A stretch of DNA of 64,000 nt from Octopus sinensis. Lineage: Eukaryota. The notes beneath the pieces were generated by a model. It searched no databases. It was not told the DNA's origin and saw only the letters and a program-made list of their open reading frames with translations. Every line of letters starts with the position of its first letter. Within the stretch, counting starts at the first letter, position 1. Below are positions 1 to 14,611 of the stretch, piece after piece. The stretch lies in assembly GCF_006345805.1 (NCBI RefSeq), contig NC_043010.1, positions 5,456,001 to 5,520,000 on the forward strand, written 5' to 3'. The position numbers were made by a program, and so were the translations under genes.

Positions 1-110
1 CAAACCTATGATGAAAAGCACTCCAATCTTGACCACTTCTTCTTTCTGTATATCAGGAAATACATTATATATATGTATATATATATATGTAAAATAAAAT
101 ACAAAATGGG

Positions 111-166
<56 letters not shown>

Positions 167-204
167 TTATGTATATGACTGCTGAAATCTACAAGTTTTT
201 CATT

Positions 205-340
205 CTCACTCAGTTTATTTTCTCTCATTCTTTTCTGTTGAAGAGCATAGACTGAATATGTAAAAGACCTTTTCATTTTTCCTGAACATCAAAATATTGC
301 ACTTGCTTGTTGTTCATACACCTGCCTTCGTCTTTACTCA
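205..340 (+). mobile_element. Decayed family-a Penelope-like remnant; a 3'-only piece also lies at about 712-790
   Basis: ttttctgttgaagagcatagactgaatatgtaaaagacc followed by the cacctgccttcgtcttt tail. Confidence 0.5.
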
Positions 341-645
341 AACACACCATCCTCAAACACCATATATATATCATCATCCTCATCATCATCATCATCGTTT
401 AATGTCCGTTCTCCATGCTAGCATAGTTTGGACGGTTCAACCGGGGTCTGGGAAGCCAGAAGGCTGCACCAGGCTCCAGTTTTATCTGGCAATGTTTCTA
501 CAGCTGGATGCCCTTCCTAACACCAACCACTTCGTGAGTGTAGTGGGTGCTTTTTACGTGCCACCTGCAAAGGTGCCAGGCAAGGCTGGCAACGGCCACA
601 GTCGGATTGGTGCTTTTTACGTGCCACTGGCACGGAAGCCAGTCG

Positions 646-685
<40 letters not shown>

Positions 686-1848
686 ATATATATACACTCA
701 CACACACCATTCCCACTAATGCATCTGCTTGTTGTTCCCTCACCTGTCTTCGTCTTTTGTTTTTTGTAAATTTTAGCTATTTATATTTATATGTACATCA
801 TCATCATCATCATTTAACATCTGTTGTCCATGCTGGCATGAGTTGGACGGTTTGTCTGGACTGGCACACTGGAAGGCTGCACCAGACCCCAGTCTGATTT
901 GGTATGGTTTTCTACAACAACCACTCCAAGAGTTTAGTGGGTGCTTTTACGTGCCATTGGCACGGGTGCCATTTATGTGATACTGGTATCTGCCATGACT
1001 GTGATTTTGCTTGGCTTGATGGGTCTTCTTCTCAAACATGACATAATGCCAAAGGTCTTGGTCATTGCTTCTGTGAGGCTTGACACTCAGAAAGAACTTG
1101 GTCACCTTGTCTCCATTAGGCCCAAGACTCAAAGGAACCCAGTCACCTCACCTCTGTGAGTACCACTCAAAAGGAACTCAGCCACTACATACATACATAT
1201 ATACATACATACATACACACACACACATACATACATACATACATACATACATACATACACACATACACACATACATACATACATACATACATACATACAT
1301 ACATACATACATACATACATACACACACACACATACATACATATGCACTCACATACACACACACACATACACTAGGGGCAATTTGCTTGACTAAACCCTT
1401 CAAGGTGGAACTTCAACATGGCTGCAGTCCAATGACTGAAACAGATAAATAAAAGAACATATTAATTCATTAAGCCAAACAGTATTGGCTCTCAGTCTTG
1501 ATTACATATTTTTACCATTTAGTCAGGGAAGGAATGGCAGTACCCACAACCCTTTATTTAGGTCTTCTGAGTTCTGCAACAATAAATGAAAAAGTTATCT
1601 TTAAATAAATCTGAATACTTCAATAAACCCCCCACTAAAGGCACCCAGGGACCACAGTAAACTATATCTATGATCCTAATTTCTCATTATCAGAGTCAAA
1701 GAGCACAGAGACAAGCCAAAACAAATTACACTCTGTAACAAAATTTTTATTTTTTCTTGTCTTTGGTCAATAAGTGTTATTTCCTATTTACTTCTATCTA
1801 GAAATCAAAGGAAATCACTACTATTCCCTTCAAACTTTGCTTTTATGA

Positions 1849-2375
1849 CCTGGACATCAATGTTTAGAAAGTGACCTATTTTCCATTACATTTTCCAACC
1901 TGGACATCAATGTTTAGAAAGTGACCTATTTTCCATTACATTTTCCAACCTGGACATCAATGTTTAGAAAGTGACCTATTTTCCATTACATTTTCCAACC
2001 TGGACATCAATGTTTAGAAAGTGACCTATTTTCCATTACATTTTCCAACCTGGACATCAATGTTTAGAAAGTGACCTATTTTCCATTACATTTCGTGACC
2101 TGGACATCAATGTTTAGAAAGTGACCTATTTTCCATTACATTTCGTGACCTGGACATCAATGTTTAGAAAGTGACCTATTTTCCATTACATTTTCCAACC
2201 TGGACATCAATGTTTAGAAAGTGACCTATTTTCCATTACATTTCGTGACCTGGACATCAATGTTTAGAAAGTGACCTATTTTCCATTACATTTCGTGACC
2301 TGGACATCAATGTTTAGAAAGTGACCTATTTTCCATTACATTTGTTTAGAAAGTGACCTATTTTCCATTACATTT
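1849..2375. repeat. 50-bp minisatellite, 10 full units plus a partial unit
   Basis: Unit cctggacatcaatgtttagaaagtgacctattttccattacattt(tccaa/cgtga) at exact 50-bp period from 1851 to 2301. Confidence 0.95.
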
Positions 2376-3878
2376 CAGACAGATTCAGCACTGAATAGCA
2401 GAAGCAGAAATATCATTATAGCAAATATTTTGCCCAATACTACAGATTTGCTTGTCCGTTGCTTGACCTTACTCATTTGAGCATGTCCCTTAGTGGCTGA
2501 CAATATGTGCATCTCTGATCATGAACAGCAGTAGTGGAGGAACATCATAGCCATGTGTTGAAAGGGACTCTTTGAGGTTTGAATAAATATAGCAAAAACA
2601 AAGTTTGAAGGAAATACTAACCATTTTTCATACTTTCTAGGGGTAAGCAAATGGGAAATAACATTTGCTACCCAAGGACAAAAATCTTGTAACCCAGTGT
2701 TATTTGCCTCAGAAATGTTACAAGGTTTTATATAAGTGTGACCTTTTCCTATGAAAGCTAAGATTGGGTGTCATACTCCCAGTGGTTCTACAGTGTACCA
2801 GACACTAGCCCAGAATTTCTAAGTCCCTGTGCTATTGCTTCATAGATGTTGTTGACTCTATGCTGGATTCCTCTGTCCTCGTGACATACATTGTTTCAAG
2901 CCTGCTGTGTTTTTAGTAACCCTCCTTACCAGTCTAGCATGGCGGGGGCGCCAGTTAAGTCTGAACCAAGCATGCAACAAGTAGTACTGAATTACATTTT
3001 ACCGAAAGAGCTAACAGAGCGACCTCTCTCTTTCTCTCTATCTGTCTCTCTGACTGTCTGTCTGTCTGTCTCTCTCTCTCTCTGTCTTTCTTTGTTTCTC
3101 AAATGCACACACATACGTGCACACACACACACAAACACTAACACACATACACACATGCACACAGACACACATAAGTACTTATACATGCATGAATACATGC
3201 ATACATACACATACACATGCAAACACTAACACACATACACACATAAATACTTATACATGCATGAATACATGCATACATACACATACACACACAAACACTA
3301 ACACACATACACACATGCACACACACACACACACATATATATAAGTACTCATGCATGCACACACAAACATATGTTTATAGATGTAAATGTATGTACACAT
3401 ATATACACACATGTATATAAGAAAAATAAATTAAAAAGTCCCATAAATATAAATATCTATTTAATATAGACATGACCTAAATACTATTTATAATCTAAAT
3501 TCAGTCAGAACCCATTCTCAGAGTATATATATATATCGCATAATGATAGACGTAAGTAAAAGAAAATCTCGAGTAATTAATCTGATAATTTTCTAAATTT
3601 AACCATTTTGATTACAAATCTGTCCAAGACAGCCTCAAGTTCTATGGTACAAAATGCAAGCTTTGAAAAATAGCATTTTCGTTTTATCACTTGCTAAACA
3701 GCTCTGTTCAGTATTAATGAAGCCTGGACAATAAATAGAAGCGCTAGCAGATGGGATAAACAACACTACACATCACTTTCATTTGCAATTCATACTTGTA
3801 GTTTATTTTCTAGATGATGATGATGATATGATGATGATGATGATGATAATAATGATGATAATAATGATGATAATAATA

Positions 3879-3920
<42 letters not shown>

Positions 3921-3921
<1 letters not shown>

Positions 3922-4107
3922 CACCAGGACTTACAAACACATATAACATACAGGAAATTGCACTACTGGGCACTGCACACATCCTACGCAGAACACTTTC
4001 CATACAATAACCATCAGAGCATCACAACGAATCACAGCACATTCCCAAGGCACACAGAGCTGCGCTCGGTAGTGAAGTGAAAGCACGCTATAAAAATAAA
4101 ACTACTG
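3921..4107 (+). mobile_element. 3' end of an R4/Dong-like LINE
   Basis: IQEIALLGTAHILRRTLSIQ* plus 3' UTR, with (AAT)n on both sides. Confidence 0.8.
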
Positions 4108-4707
4108 AATAATAATAATAATAATAATGATAATAATAATAATAATAATAAGTATCAGACAGTGGCTCTCATGGCTTCTGATCTTAACTGATTGGAAGTG
4201 TTATCATGTACATTGTTTTGTCTTGGTATAAAAGATGGACTACAGCAAATATTCTGCTCAATACCACAGATTTGCTTGTCAGTTGTTTGACCTTAACCAG
4301 TTGAGCATGTCCCTTAGTGGCTGACGATATGTGCATCTCTGATCACAAGCAGAAGTAGTGGGGGAGCATCATAGCCATGTGTTGAGAGGGATTCTTTAGG
4401 GTTTGAATAATTCACTTTTGGAAATATGGGTGTTTCATTCAACATCCTTAAACAATCCTTATTCAGGGACCTTTTGCGTAGGATGGGTTACTCGACCTCA
4501 AGAAAATTCTAACTGGGCCTCACCTGCAAGGTCATGCACTGTTTATCTTGATATGAGATCACCATGTCGCACACATATGGTTGTGATGCATGTGCCTAGT
4601 GTACCCTTTTCAGACGGGTAGTCATGATGGGTATACTGGGCTTCGTATATTTTACCCCAGTGTCACTTTGATGGCATGCACTGCTCTCTCACTCAATTAT
4701 AATAATG

Positions 4708-4744
<37 letters not shown>

Positions 4745-4761
4745 TAATAATAATAATAATC

Positions 4762-4796
<35 letters not shown>

Positions 4797-4928
4797 GATT
4801 TTATACATTCAAATTTAAATGATATTTGTCATCATCACTGTCTATAGTCATCAACATCAATATTGTCATTGTTTTTATGTCATACATATATAAATACATA
4901 CATACTTAAATATATATATGTTCGGTGG

Positions 4929-5012
<84 letters not shown>

Positions 5013-5604
5013 TAATAATAATGATAATGATAATAATGATAACGATGATAATGATAATAATAATGTAAAAAAGGCATTAGAGGAGCGATGTATACCTTGC
5101 ATGCAGATAAATTTTCCATAAATTATAGTGTGGTTTACAATGTGTTGCTTACCTATGCTTTTTAATTGGACTGAACTTTTTTTAAGTATCACCATTATGG
5201 GTATGTGTACCCTGGTGAAATTAAGAAATCAACTCGTAAATGAATGAAAGCCTTGAATCCATCAGTGTACACACACACATACACATGCATACACACACAG
5301 GGTTGCATGTCTATGTATGTATTTATGTATGAATGTATGCACATGTGTCTATGGGCCTAGGTACACCATGATCTATAATCACATGCAGACAAGGGTCAGT
5401 TCATATGTAAAAGAAAGTGAACCAGATAATATGACCACTTGCTTATCAGGAAATTTGTAAGTTTGATTAAAAAAAATTTTTTTTTTTAAGTATCACCATT
5501 ATAAGTATTTATGCTCAACTGAAATTAAGAAATTAAGTCAAAAATAAATGAAACCCTTCAATCCATCACTGTACACAAACACGCAAGCACACAAACACAC
5601 AAAC

Positions 5605-5639
<35 letters not shown>

Positions 5640-6271
5640 CACATAGAGTCACATATCTATGTATATATTTGTTTATGTATGTATGCACACATGTCTACAC
5701 ACATAGGTACACCATGATCTATACATACACAAATGAGGGTCGATTCATATCAAAAAGGAAGTGAACAAAATAACCACTTGCTTATTGGGAAATTTGTACT
5801 TTCAATTAAAAAAATTCTTTTTGTTTTTCTTTAAAGATAATCAAAACAAATGTTCATCATTTCAAGTTACTCACCCAATGAGAATTTCTGCCAAATGGGG
5901 TGAAAATTCGTTCAGCGATTTTCCAGTAATTTTGCAAACACACAGACAAACAGGCAAAGACGAGTGATTACAATACCCTGCATTTGCTTACGTGCACAAG
6001 GTAATAATAATAATAATCCTTTCTACTATAGGTATAAGGCCGAAAATGTAAGGGGAGGGGTTAATCAATTACGTCAGTCCCAGTGCATAACTGGTATTTA
6101 TTTCCTTAACCCCAAAAGGATGAAAGCAAAGTCGACCACAGCAGAATTTGAGCTCAGAATGTAAAGAAAGATGAAACACCACTAAACATTTTGCCCATGA
6201 TGATGATGATGATGATGAGGATGATGATGATGATGATGAGGAGGAGGAGGATGAGGATGATGATGATGATG

Positions 6272-6788
6272 AAACCGCATGGCATATTACCAGTCAATGT
6301 ACGCCACTAACCCAGAAAGAATATGAGATATCATGACAATATAGCAAGGATTGTCCATTGGACACTTTGCAACAAGTATAGACTTGACAGAGCAAAAAAG
6401 TGATATGAACATAAACCCGAAAGCATCATCGAAAATGATAATGCAAAGATCCTATGGGATTTTATGATTCAGTGTGACCATGACATAGAGAATAGGGAGC
6501 CAGACATAGTGTTAATTGAGAAAGAAAGCAAACGATGCTGGATCATAGATATAGCATGCCACGCTGACAATAAGGTATGCGATAAGGAAGAAAGAAAAGT
6601 CGATAGATATAATAGGTTAGCTTGGAAAGTTAAGCATTTATGGTCAATGAAAAAGGTGGTAGTAGTACCAATAAGTGTTGGAGTCCTGGAAACAGGGAGT
6701 AAAAGTCTTGAGAAGTACACGTAACAAATAGGGGCTGCAATAAGTACATGTAACAAATAGGGGCTGCAGAAAGCAGCACTGCTTGGAA
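6272..6788 (+). mobile_element. R4/Dong-like RLE fragment
   Basis: ILWDFMIQCDHDIENREPDIVLIEKESKRCWIIDIAC...VVVVPISVGVL (ORF 6464..6724); preceded by (GAT)n. Confidence 0.85.
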
Positions 6789-7445
6789 GGTATGTTGATT
6801 AGTGGTTAAGATCTTATACTCGTGATTGTGAGATTATGGTTTCGATACCCAGACCAGGCAGAACATTGCATTCTTGAGCAAAACACTTCATTTCACATTG
6901 CTCTGTAGTCACTTCAACATTTACCGTGTGGCACACAGGATACCTGTACAGGTAATGTCGATTTGAGGAAGATGTGAGTTCATGTACAACACAAACGTTT
7001 GATCACTGTTAATAAATCATCTGTAAGAAATTTCATAATCGTCTTTCACAGAATGAAGAGATGTCCAAGTAGAAGACACCTGGCTAAGGACATCGTTTTA
7101 GTTGTTTGACTCCAGGTCAGCCCTGGATTAAGAAGATCTATGTCCAAAGACAAACTAACCATGACCCTTTCATACTTTTCTTGAGGAATATGCCTCTAGA
7201 AATACATTAGTTGATGTACCTTCCGTTTTCAAGACAGTAGGATGAATATAGTTTAAGAGAAATTAAGCTGCTATTTCTAGCAGGTCAAGCAACCACATTG
7301 AAGCTACATTGAAAGTTGTCATCTCCACATCTCCACATCTCCAGCATCAGAGGGAGTGTTTAATGGTCATTGGTCATTGATATATGTTTATAGAGAGGTA
7401 TGTACATATAAGCATACTTAGATATAGGCATATCACACACCTGAA

Positions 7446-7509
<64 letters not shown>

Positions 7510-7687
7510 TACACATACATAAGAAGTTCACAAACATACCTTCTCAAAGCACACACACTCATCATTGTATGTATGTACATACATGAAGAAAAGGCATTCT
7601 CTCTCTTCCTCTCTCTCCCTTATTATCTTTCATGTGTACACTCACAGCTGAAGAAAAACATTCACTGCTTACATCTCTCTCTCTCTT

Positions 7688-7729
<42 letters not shown>

Positions 7730-7780
7730 TCTCTCTCTTCCTATTTCACTGCCCCATGCATTACTTATTTTCTGTTTTAT

Positions 7781-7848
<68 letters not shown>

Positions 7849-7968
7849 TCACACTACTTACGCAAAATATTCATGCAACACACACACACAATATATATCT
7901 GGTGGAAATGGCATTATAAATTACTAATGAGTTACTCACTTACACTCTGGCCACATTCAAACAAAACG

Positions 7969-8008
<40 letters not shown>

Positions 8009-9984
8009 GTGTGCGTGTGTATGTATATTCTAAACTATCCAAATGCTACCTAAACAAGTATATATATCAAAGAACGAGTCAAATGGGATATGGTAATTCT
8101 CTATTTATTTAGACTTCATTAACATGTATGTTAGGGACTCTCCTACATCAGAGGGAGCACCTAGTTTAACCTATATTTTAATTCAGGAGGGAAAACATTA
8201 CAAATAATTGTCCCTATTATAGGTTTAATGAATAATAATAATATCAAGAATAATGGGACCAACTGTTATTATTGTTAGCGGCTCAGGCGTGAATGTCTGG
8301 TTAAGAATTTCACTTCACAATCCTATGGTTTCGAGTTCGGTCCCCTTGTATGGCACTTCGGTATGCCACTTTAGACCCTGGATAAACTAAAGTTTTGTGC
8401 ATGGATTTGGTTGAGGGAAACTGAAAGAAGCCTGGCATGTGTGTGGTGGGGAGTAGGAAGTTCCTGGTTTTGGTTAAAAGAAAATACAGGAGGCTCAGTT
8501 AATTATGATTTTATTCAACAAATTCCCTTCTCAGATTCACACACATAATGTAGCAATCTTTCAGTATATATGTATACAAGTATGTGCTTTGACTACAGCA
8601 TTAGAGCAATTTAGCTTTTATTTCTAGCAATGTAGGTTGTTTCTAAAGCCATAGTCTCATTTAGTGACTGTTATAATGTTCCTTTTTGGTGAAATATTGC
8701 AAAATGTTGTCTACTTTAATCTTCTGTATACACATTAGTGATTTGCTAAATCATCTATAGATTGCCTATGATGAAAACATATATACTGGTAGAGAATTAA
8801 GCAGTCCTTCAGTTTTTCTAAACCTGTAAAAGAACTTGGAAGGTTGGGCCTCCAACCAGGCCTTCTGTGATATACTTAAAGCCAGGTACTTTTCAGCACC
8901 CCCTCATGTGTGTGCATATGTGTGTGTTTGTGTGTGTGTGTGTGTGTGCTTGTGTCTCCTTGTCTTGACATCATGTAATTGCTGTAAATAAATGTCTATT
9001 ATTGAGGAAATATTACCTTATTAGAGACAATAAAATAAGTGTCAATTAAGAACTGAACTTTAATGTAATCAACTTAACTTCTTCCCTCAAAATTGCTCAC
9101 CTTGTACCAAACATTAGAAAGAATTACAAAGAAAATATTACTCCAAAAGGCAGTGGATTCACAGAATTATTTACACACTTCACAAAAGATCAAAAAATAT
9201 TTAGCTATAATATTTTATGTTCTGATTTCAAATCGCCCCAAGGTCAACTTTGTCGTTCTTCCTTCTGTAGTCAGTATAATAAAGTACCATTGATGTTATT
9301 ACGGTCAATTAACCCCTTGCATCCCTGATTACCAGTCTTGTGAAACAATTATCACGGGTGGTGGATTAATGGAATTGGTTGAGCATCAGACAAAATGCCT
9401 GATGAAATGTGTTCCAGCTCTTTACATTCTGGGTTCAAAACCTGCCAAAGTCAACTTTATTTTTCATCCTTTCGGAGTTGATAAAATAAAGTACCAGTCA
9501 AATCCTGTATTTAATGTCAGCGATTAATCCCCTCCCATCAAATCTGTTGGCCTTGTTTCATAAGGCAAAATAATTATAAAAGTTGCTGGATTGGCAAGCA
9601 TTTAGAATTTGAGACAAAAAGGCATTGGTAATATTTTGGGGGCCTTATAAAGGCAGTGAGCTGGCAGAATCATTATCACACCAGACAAAATGCATTTTGT
9701 GTCTTTACATTCTGAGTTCAGATTCCACTGAGGTTGACAACCTTTCATCCCTTTTGGAGTCAATAATATAAGTGCCAGCTGAACACTGAGGTCGATATAA
9801 TTGGCTTGTCCCTTCCCCAGAATTACTACCCCTACAAATTTTACTGTTGTTGTTGTTTTTCTGGTTGTTTTACATGAAATGGCAGTAAGCCAGTCTTCAT
9901 GGCCAAGGAGGGGAACATTAAATTAACTCCAATGCATATTATTACATCTCCACTTTCCTCTCAGTTGTTTGATGATACTAAGTA

Positions 9985-10015
<31 letters not shown>

Positions 10016-10038
10016 TGTTTGTGTGTGTGTGTATAATG

Positions 10039-10076
<38 letters not shown>

Positions 10077-11210
10077 GCATATGTGCATGCATGCATGTAA
10101 CATATATAAAGTTGTGCACACATACACACATACATATATATCATGAATATATAATATAAATGTGTGTGTGTTGTGTGTATATGTGTGCACACAGATTTCT
10201 CTCTCTCTCTCCTACTCTCTCATTGTCTCTCTTTTTCTCAGCAACCACCATCCCCATTCCAACAATAACACACATTCATTTGTTTGCAATTTTTTTCTTT
10301 TACACAGTTGACGCAATTTAGCTAATTTGTTTGCATTTGATTCCATTCTTTACTAATATACATTTTATCAATTTACATTTTTATTCTATATATATATATA
10401 TATATTGTCACACATGATCAATAGAGGAGTGGTAAAGGCAAAACACTATTTAGTTTAGCTAACAATTAATTATATTGTTCCAGTCTCCAATCCCATCAGT
10501 AATTGATAGACTCTACTTGAGTGGGGAGGAAGAATTTCAGTGAATTGCAGAAGATTCTGTTATTCATGTGATCTATTTCAGGGCGTGGCAGTTCACAGTC
10601 ACAGGTTATAAGATAGGTCAAGTGAAATGTGTCTCGTTTTTTTTTCTCCCTAGAAGGATGGGGTGCAGCTCTGAAGTTTTGGGAAACAAAAACTCCTTGT
10701 TAGTTTGTAGCATATGACTGATTATTGCTTACCCTCTTTTCTAACCTGAGTGGGATAATGTCCCCATGATTACTGTCATGAGGCTCATCCCTTCAATGCA
10801 CACACACACACACACACACACATTTATATATATGTATGTGTGTATGTGCATGTGTATGTATGCATGTGTGTGTGTGTGTCTGTGTGTCCCAACACTACTC
10901 AACAACTGGGGCTGGTTTGTTTATGTCTCTGTAACTAAATGGTTCTGCAAAAGAGGAATATATATATATATATATATATATAAATTTAAAATTAGGGTGA
11001 GAAATTAGATATTAATTTAATTAACATCGATTTCACACCAGTGGTCTAGCATATAAAAAAACTGAAGGTTCAGTAAAATTGTATTATATATATATTAGAG
11101 GGAAACCACTTGAGAACATTTCTTAGTGGTAAGACCATAGTGGATCTATTTCTAGCATAAAGATGTCCTCATAGTAGTTTCCCTCTAATATGTATATATA
11201 TATATATATT

Positions 11211-11885
11211 CTTTTACTCTTTTACTTGTTTCAGTCATTTCACTGCAGCCATACTGGAGCAATGCCTTTAGTTGAACAAATCGAACCCAGGACTTATTCT
11301 TTGTAAACCTAGTACTTATTCTAATGCTCTCTTTTGCTGAACCACTAAGTTATGGGGATGTAAACACACCAACATCGGTTATCAAGCGATGGTGGAGGAC
11401 AAACACAAACACCCAAATATATGCATATATATATATATCACGTGATCACGTGACCGACCAGACCATCAGATGTTGTTACACATCGCTGGTCACAATGCGT
11501 TCGCATTGTTTTAGCCTTCGAATGACACCACCCCGCTGGCTAAGCGAGCAGGCCAACAGAAGAAAGAGTGGGAAAAAGAGTGGTGAAAGAGTACAGCAGG
11601 GATCACCATCCCCTGCCAGAGCCTCGTGGAGCTTTTAGGTGTTTTCGTTCAATAAACACTCACAACGCCCGGTCTGGGAATCGAAACCATGATCCTGCGA
11701 CCATGAGTCCGCTGCCCTAACCACTAGGCCATTGCGCCTCCACATATATATATATATATATACAATGGGCTTCTTTCAATTTCCATCTACCAAATCCACT
11801 CACAAGGCTTTGGTCAGCCTGAGGCTACAGCAGAAGACACTTGCCCATGGTGCCACACAGTGGTAATGAACCCAGAACCATGGTC
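11211..11885 (-). mobile_element. SINE family A split by a family C SINE (11439-11743, minus strand)
   Basis: The A 3' half (11211-11438) and 5' half (11755-11885) flank a tRNA-derived element inserted in the central (TA)n. Confidence 0.85.
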
Positions 11886-12002
11886 TGGCTATGACATTCT
11901 CAAAGGGTCTTATTCATACCATTCATATTCTTAGCATATCTTTTCAAGCTGTCCTCAATATAGCTCTGTTAAGCTAATGTTTCTAATTCTCTGTGCGTGT
12001 AT

Positions 12003-12427
12003 TACTCTTTTACTCTTTTACTCTTTTACTTGTTTCAGTCATTTGACTGCGGCCATGCTGGAGCACTGCCTTTAGTCGAGCAAATCGACCCCAGGACTTA
12101 TTCTTTGTAAGCCCAGTACTTATTCTATCGGTCTCTTTTGCCGAACCGCTAAGTGACGGGGACGTAAACACACCAGCATCGGTTGTCAAGCAATGCTAGG
12201 GGGACAAACACAGACACACAAACATATACACACACATACATACATATATATATATACATATATACGACAGGCTTCTTTCAGTTTCCGTCTACCAAATCCA
12301 CTCACAAGGCTTTGGTCAGCCCGAGGCTATAGTAGAAGACACTTGCCCAAGGTGCCATGCAGTGGGACTGAACCCGGAACCATGTGGTTGATTAGCAAGC
12401 TACTTACCACACAGCCACTCCTGTGCC
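12003..12427 (-). mobile_element. SINE family A, full length
   Basis: Reverse complement of the family A consensus. Confidence 0.92.
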
Positions 12428-12537
12428 TATATGTATATTTTGTATATGTGTTTTTATACACATATCTATTATTAATGTCAATGAATTAATACAACAAACT
12501 CTACTGATGTAGATCACAATTTCTGTTAATACTTATT

Positions 12538-12832
12538 TTGTGTGTGTGTGTGTGTGTGTGTTTCTGTGTGTGTGTTTCTGTGTGTGTTTCTGTGTGTGTC
12601 TGTGTCTGTGTGTCTGTGTCTGTGTGTGTATGTGTGTTTCTGTGTGTGTGTGTGTGTGTCTGTGTGTGTGTTTCTGTGTGTGTGTGTGTGCATGTGTGTT
12701 TCTGTGTGTGTGTGTGTGTGTCTGTGTGTGTGTGTTTGTGTGTGTGCGTGTGTGTGTGTTTGTGTGTATGTGTGTGTGTGTGTGTGTGTTTCTCTGTGTG
12801 TGTGTGTGTGTGTGTCTGTGTGTGTGTGTGTG
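12538..12832. repeat. Compound (GT)n microsatellite; many other (AT)n, (CA)n, (TACA)n, (AAT)n, (GAT)n, (AG)n and (AGAT)n tracts occur across the window
   Basis: Read directly, e.g. 1187-1370, 3825-3920, 4930-5063, 27370-27640, 55325-55390, 57470-57750. Confidence 0.97.
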
Positions 12833-13609
12833 GTTTCTATGAATTTGGAATTTGAATATGCAATTAGTTTAGAGAATCAATATCAATTACACAATTTAAT
12901 TAATCTAATGAAACATTTCTTTTATTCTGATATGCTCACATCTCTGAGAGGTTTTGAGTAAGGTAAGCGGAATTTGGGAAAACCAAATAATATTTCAGTC
13001 AATGTTCAGAACAAATACAATTTTCTTCTATAGAATTTTAAATTAGATCAGTATTTATGGATCTCTGAATCAGTAAGGAGTAAACAACCCCAGAAGTTCT
13101 ACAGCTGAGCCAATAGGGTGCTGGACAGCTAATGAAGGGTCAGTGAATTGAATTCCTGTGATCGGCACCATGCTTTATTATTGGTTAAAATCCTTCTAAT
13201 TCTCAATGGTTTAATTTATTTAATTATAATAAGACAGAGTAAAACTTACTTTGCAAAGCTTCCTGGCAGTTCTGAATTAAAAATGATTTAGACAAAAGTG
13301 TCTGAGACAACAAAGGGATTTCCATGTGATCATTCAATCAGCTAGAAATAGCAGCCAAATCTTCAATTAACACTCCGAACGAAAATGGAAGGACATATAT
13401 AAAATAATTTAGTCCAAGATATCCCCCAAGAAGATGAGATGATCATGGTTAGAATTATTTTGATTGTGATTGACAATTTGTTTAATGAAGGCTAACCTGG
13501 AGCTAAACAACAATAGATTGCTTATTGAATTAACTTTCCTTGCTTTGTGTCTGATGGTGTCGTCGTCGTCGTCGTCGTCGTCGTCGTCCGTGTCGTTCGT
13601 CTTCGTTTC

Positions 13610-14564
13610 TTTTTTTCGCTTCTTCTTCTTCCTTCTTCTTCTTCTTCTTCTTCTTCTTCTTCTTCTTCTTCTTCTTCTTCTTCTTCTTTATTTTTTCTTC
13701 TTCTTCTTCTTCTTTCTTCTTTTCTTCTTCTTCTTCTTCTTCTTCTTTCTTCTTCTTCTTCTCTTCTTCTTCTTCTTCTTTCTTCTTCTTCTTCTTCTTC
13801 TTCTTCTTCGTCTTCTTCTTCTTCTTCTTCGTCTTCTCTTCTATTCTTCTTCTTATCTTCTTTTCTTTTTCTTCTTCTTTTCTTCTTCTTCTCTTCTTCT
13901 TCTTCTTTTTCTTTCTTCTTATTCTTCTTCTTTTCTTCTTCTTCTTCTTCTTCTTCTTCTTCTTCTTCTTCTTTCTTCTTTTCTTCTTCTTCTTCTTCTT
14001 CTTCTTCTTTTCTTCTTCTCTTCTTCTTCTTCTTTTTCTTCTTCTTCTTCTTTTCTTCTTCTTCTTCTTCTTCTCTTCTTCTTCTTCTCTTCTTCTTCTT
14101 CTTCTTCTTCTTCTTTCTTCTTCTCTTCTTCTTCTTATTCTTCTTCTTCTTCTTTCTTCTTCTTTTCTTCTATTTCTTCTTCTTCTTCTTCTTCTTCTGC
14201 TTTTCTCTTCTTCTTCTTCTTCTTCTTTTCTTCTTCTTCTTCTCTTCTTCTTCTCTTCTTCTCTTCTTCTTCTTTTCTTCTTCTTCTTCCTTTCTTCTTC
14301 TTCTTCTTCTCTCTTCTTCTTCTTCTTCTTCTTCTTCTTCTTCTTCTTCTTCTTCTTCTTCTCTCTTCTTTTCTTCTTCTTCTTCTTCTTCTTCTTCTTC
14401 TTCTTTCTTCTTATTCTTCTTCTTCTTCTTCTTTTCTTCTTTTCTTCTTCTTTTCTTCTTCTTCTTCTCTTCTTATTCTTCTTCTTCTTCTTTCTTCTTC
14501 TTCTTCTTTCTTCTTCTTCTTCTTCTTCTTCTTCTTCTTTCTTCTTCTTCTTCTTCTTCTTCTT

Positions 14565-14611
<47 letters not shown>

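Noticed and set aside
73-1452. Numerous short ORFs rich in YI, HT, CV, N or D repeats here and throughout the window
   Set aside because: They are microsatellite or SINE translations with no coding signal.
1849-2375. CRISPR-like regular array; the same question arises for 29330-29873
   Set aside because: Units are contiguous and identical with no unique spacers, there are no cas genes, and the context is eukaryotic.
10600-10760. Strong plus-strand acceptor (ttttttttctccctag); another lies near 38355
   Set aside because: No consistent plus-strand exon chain was found.
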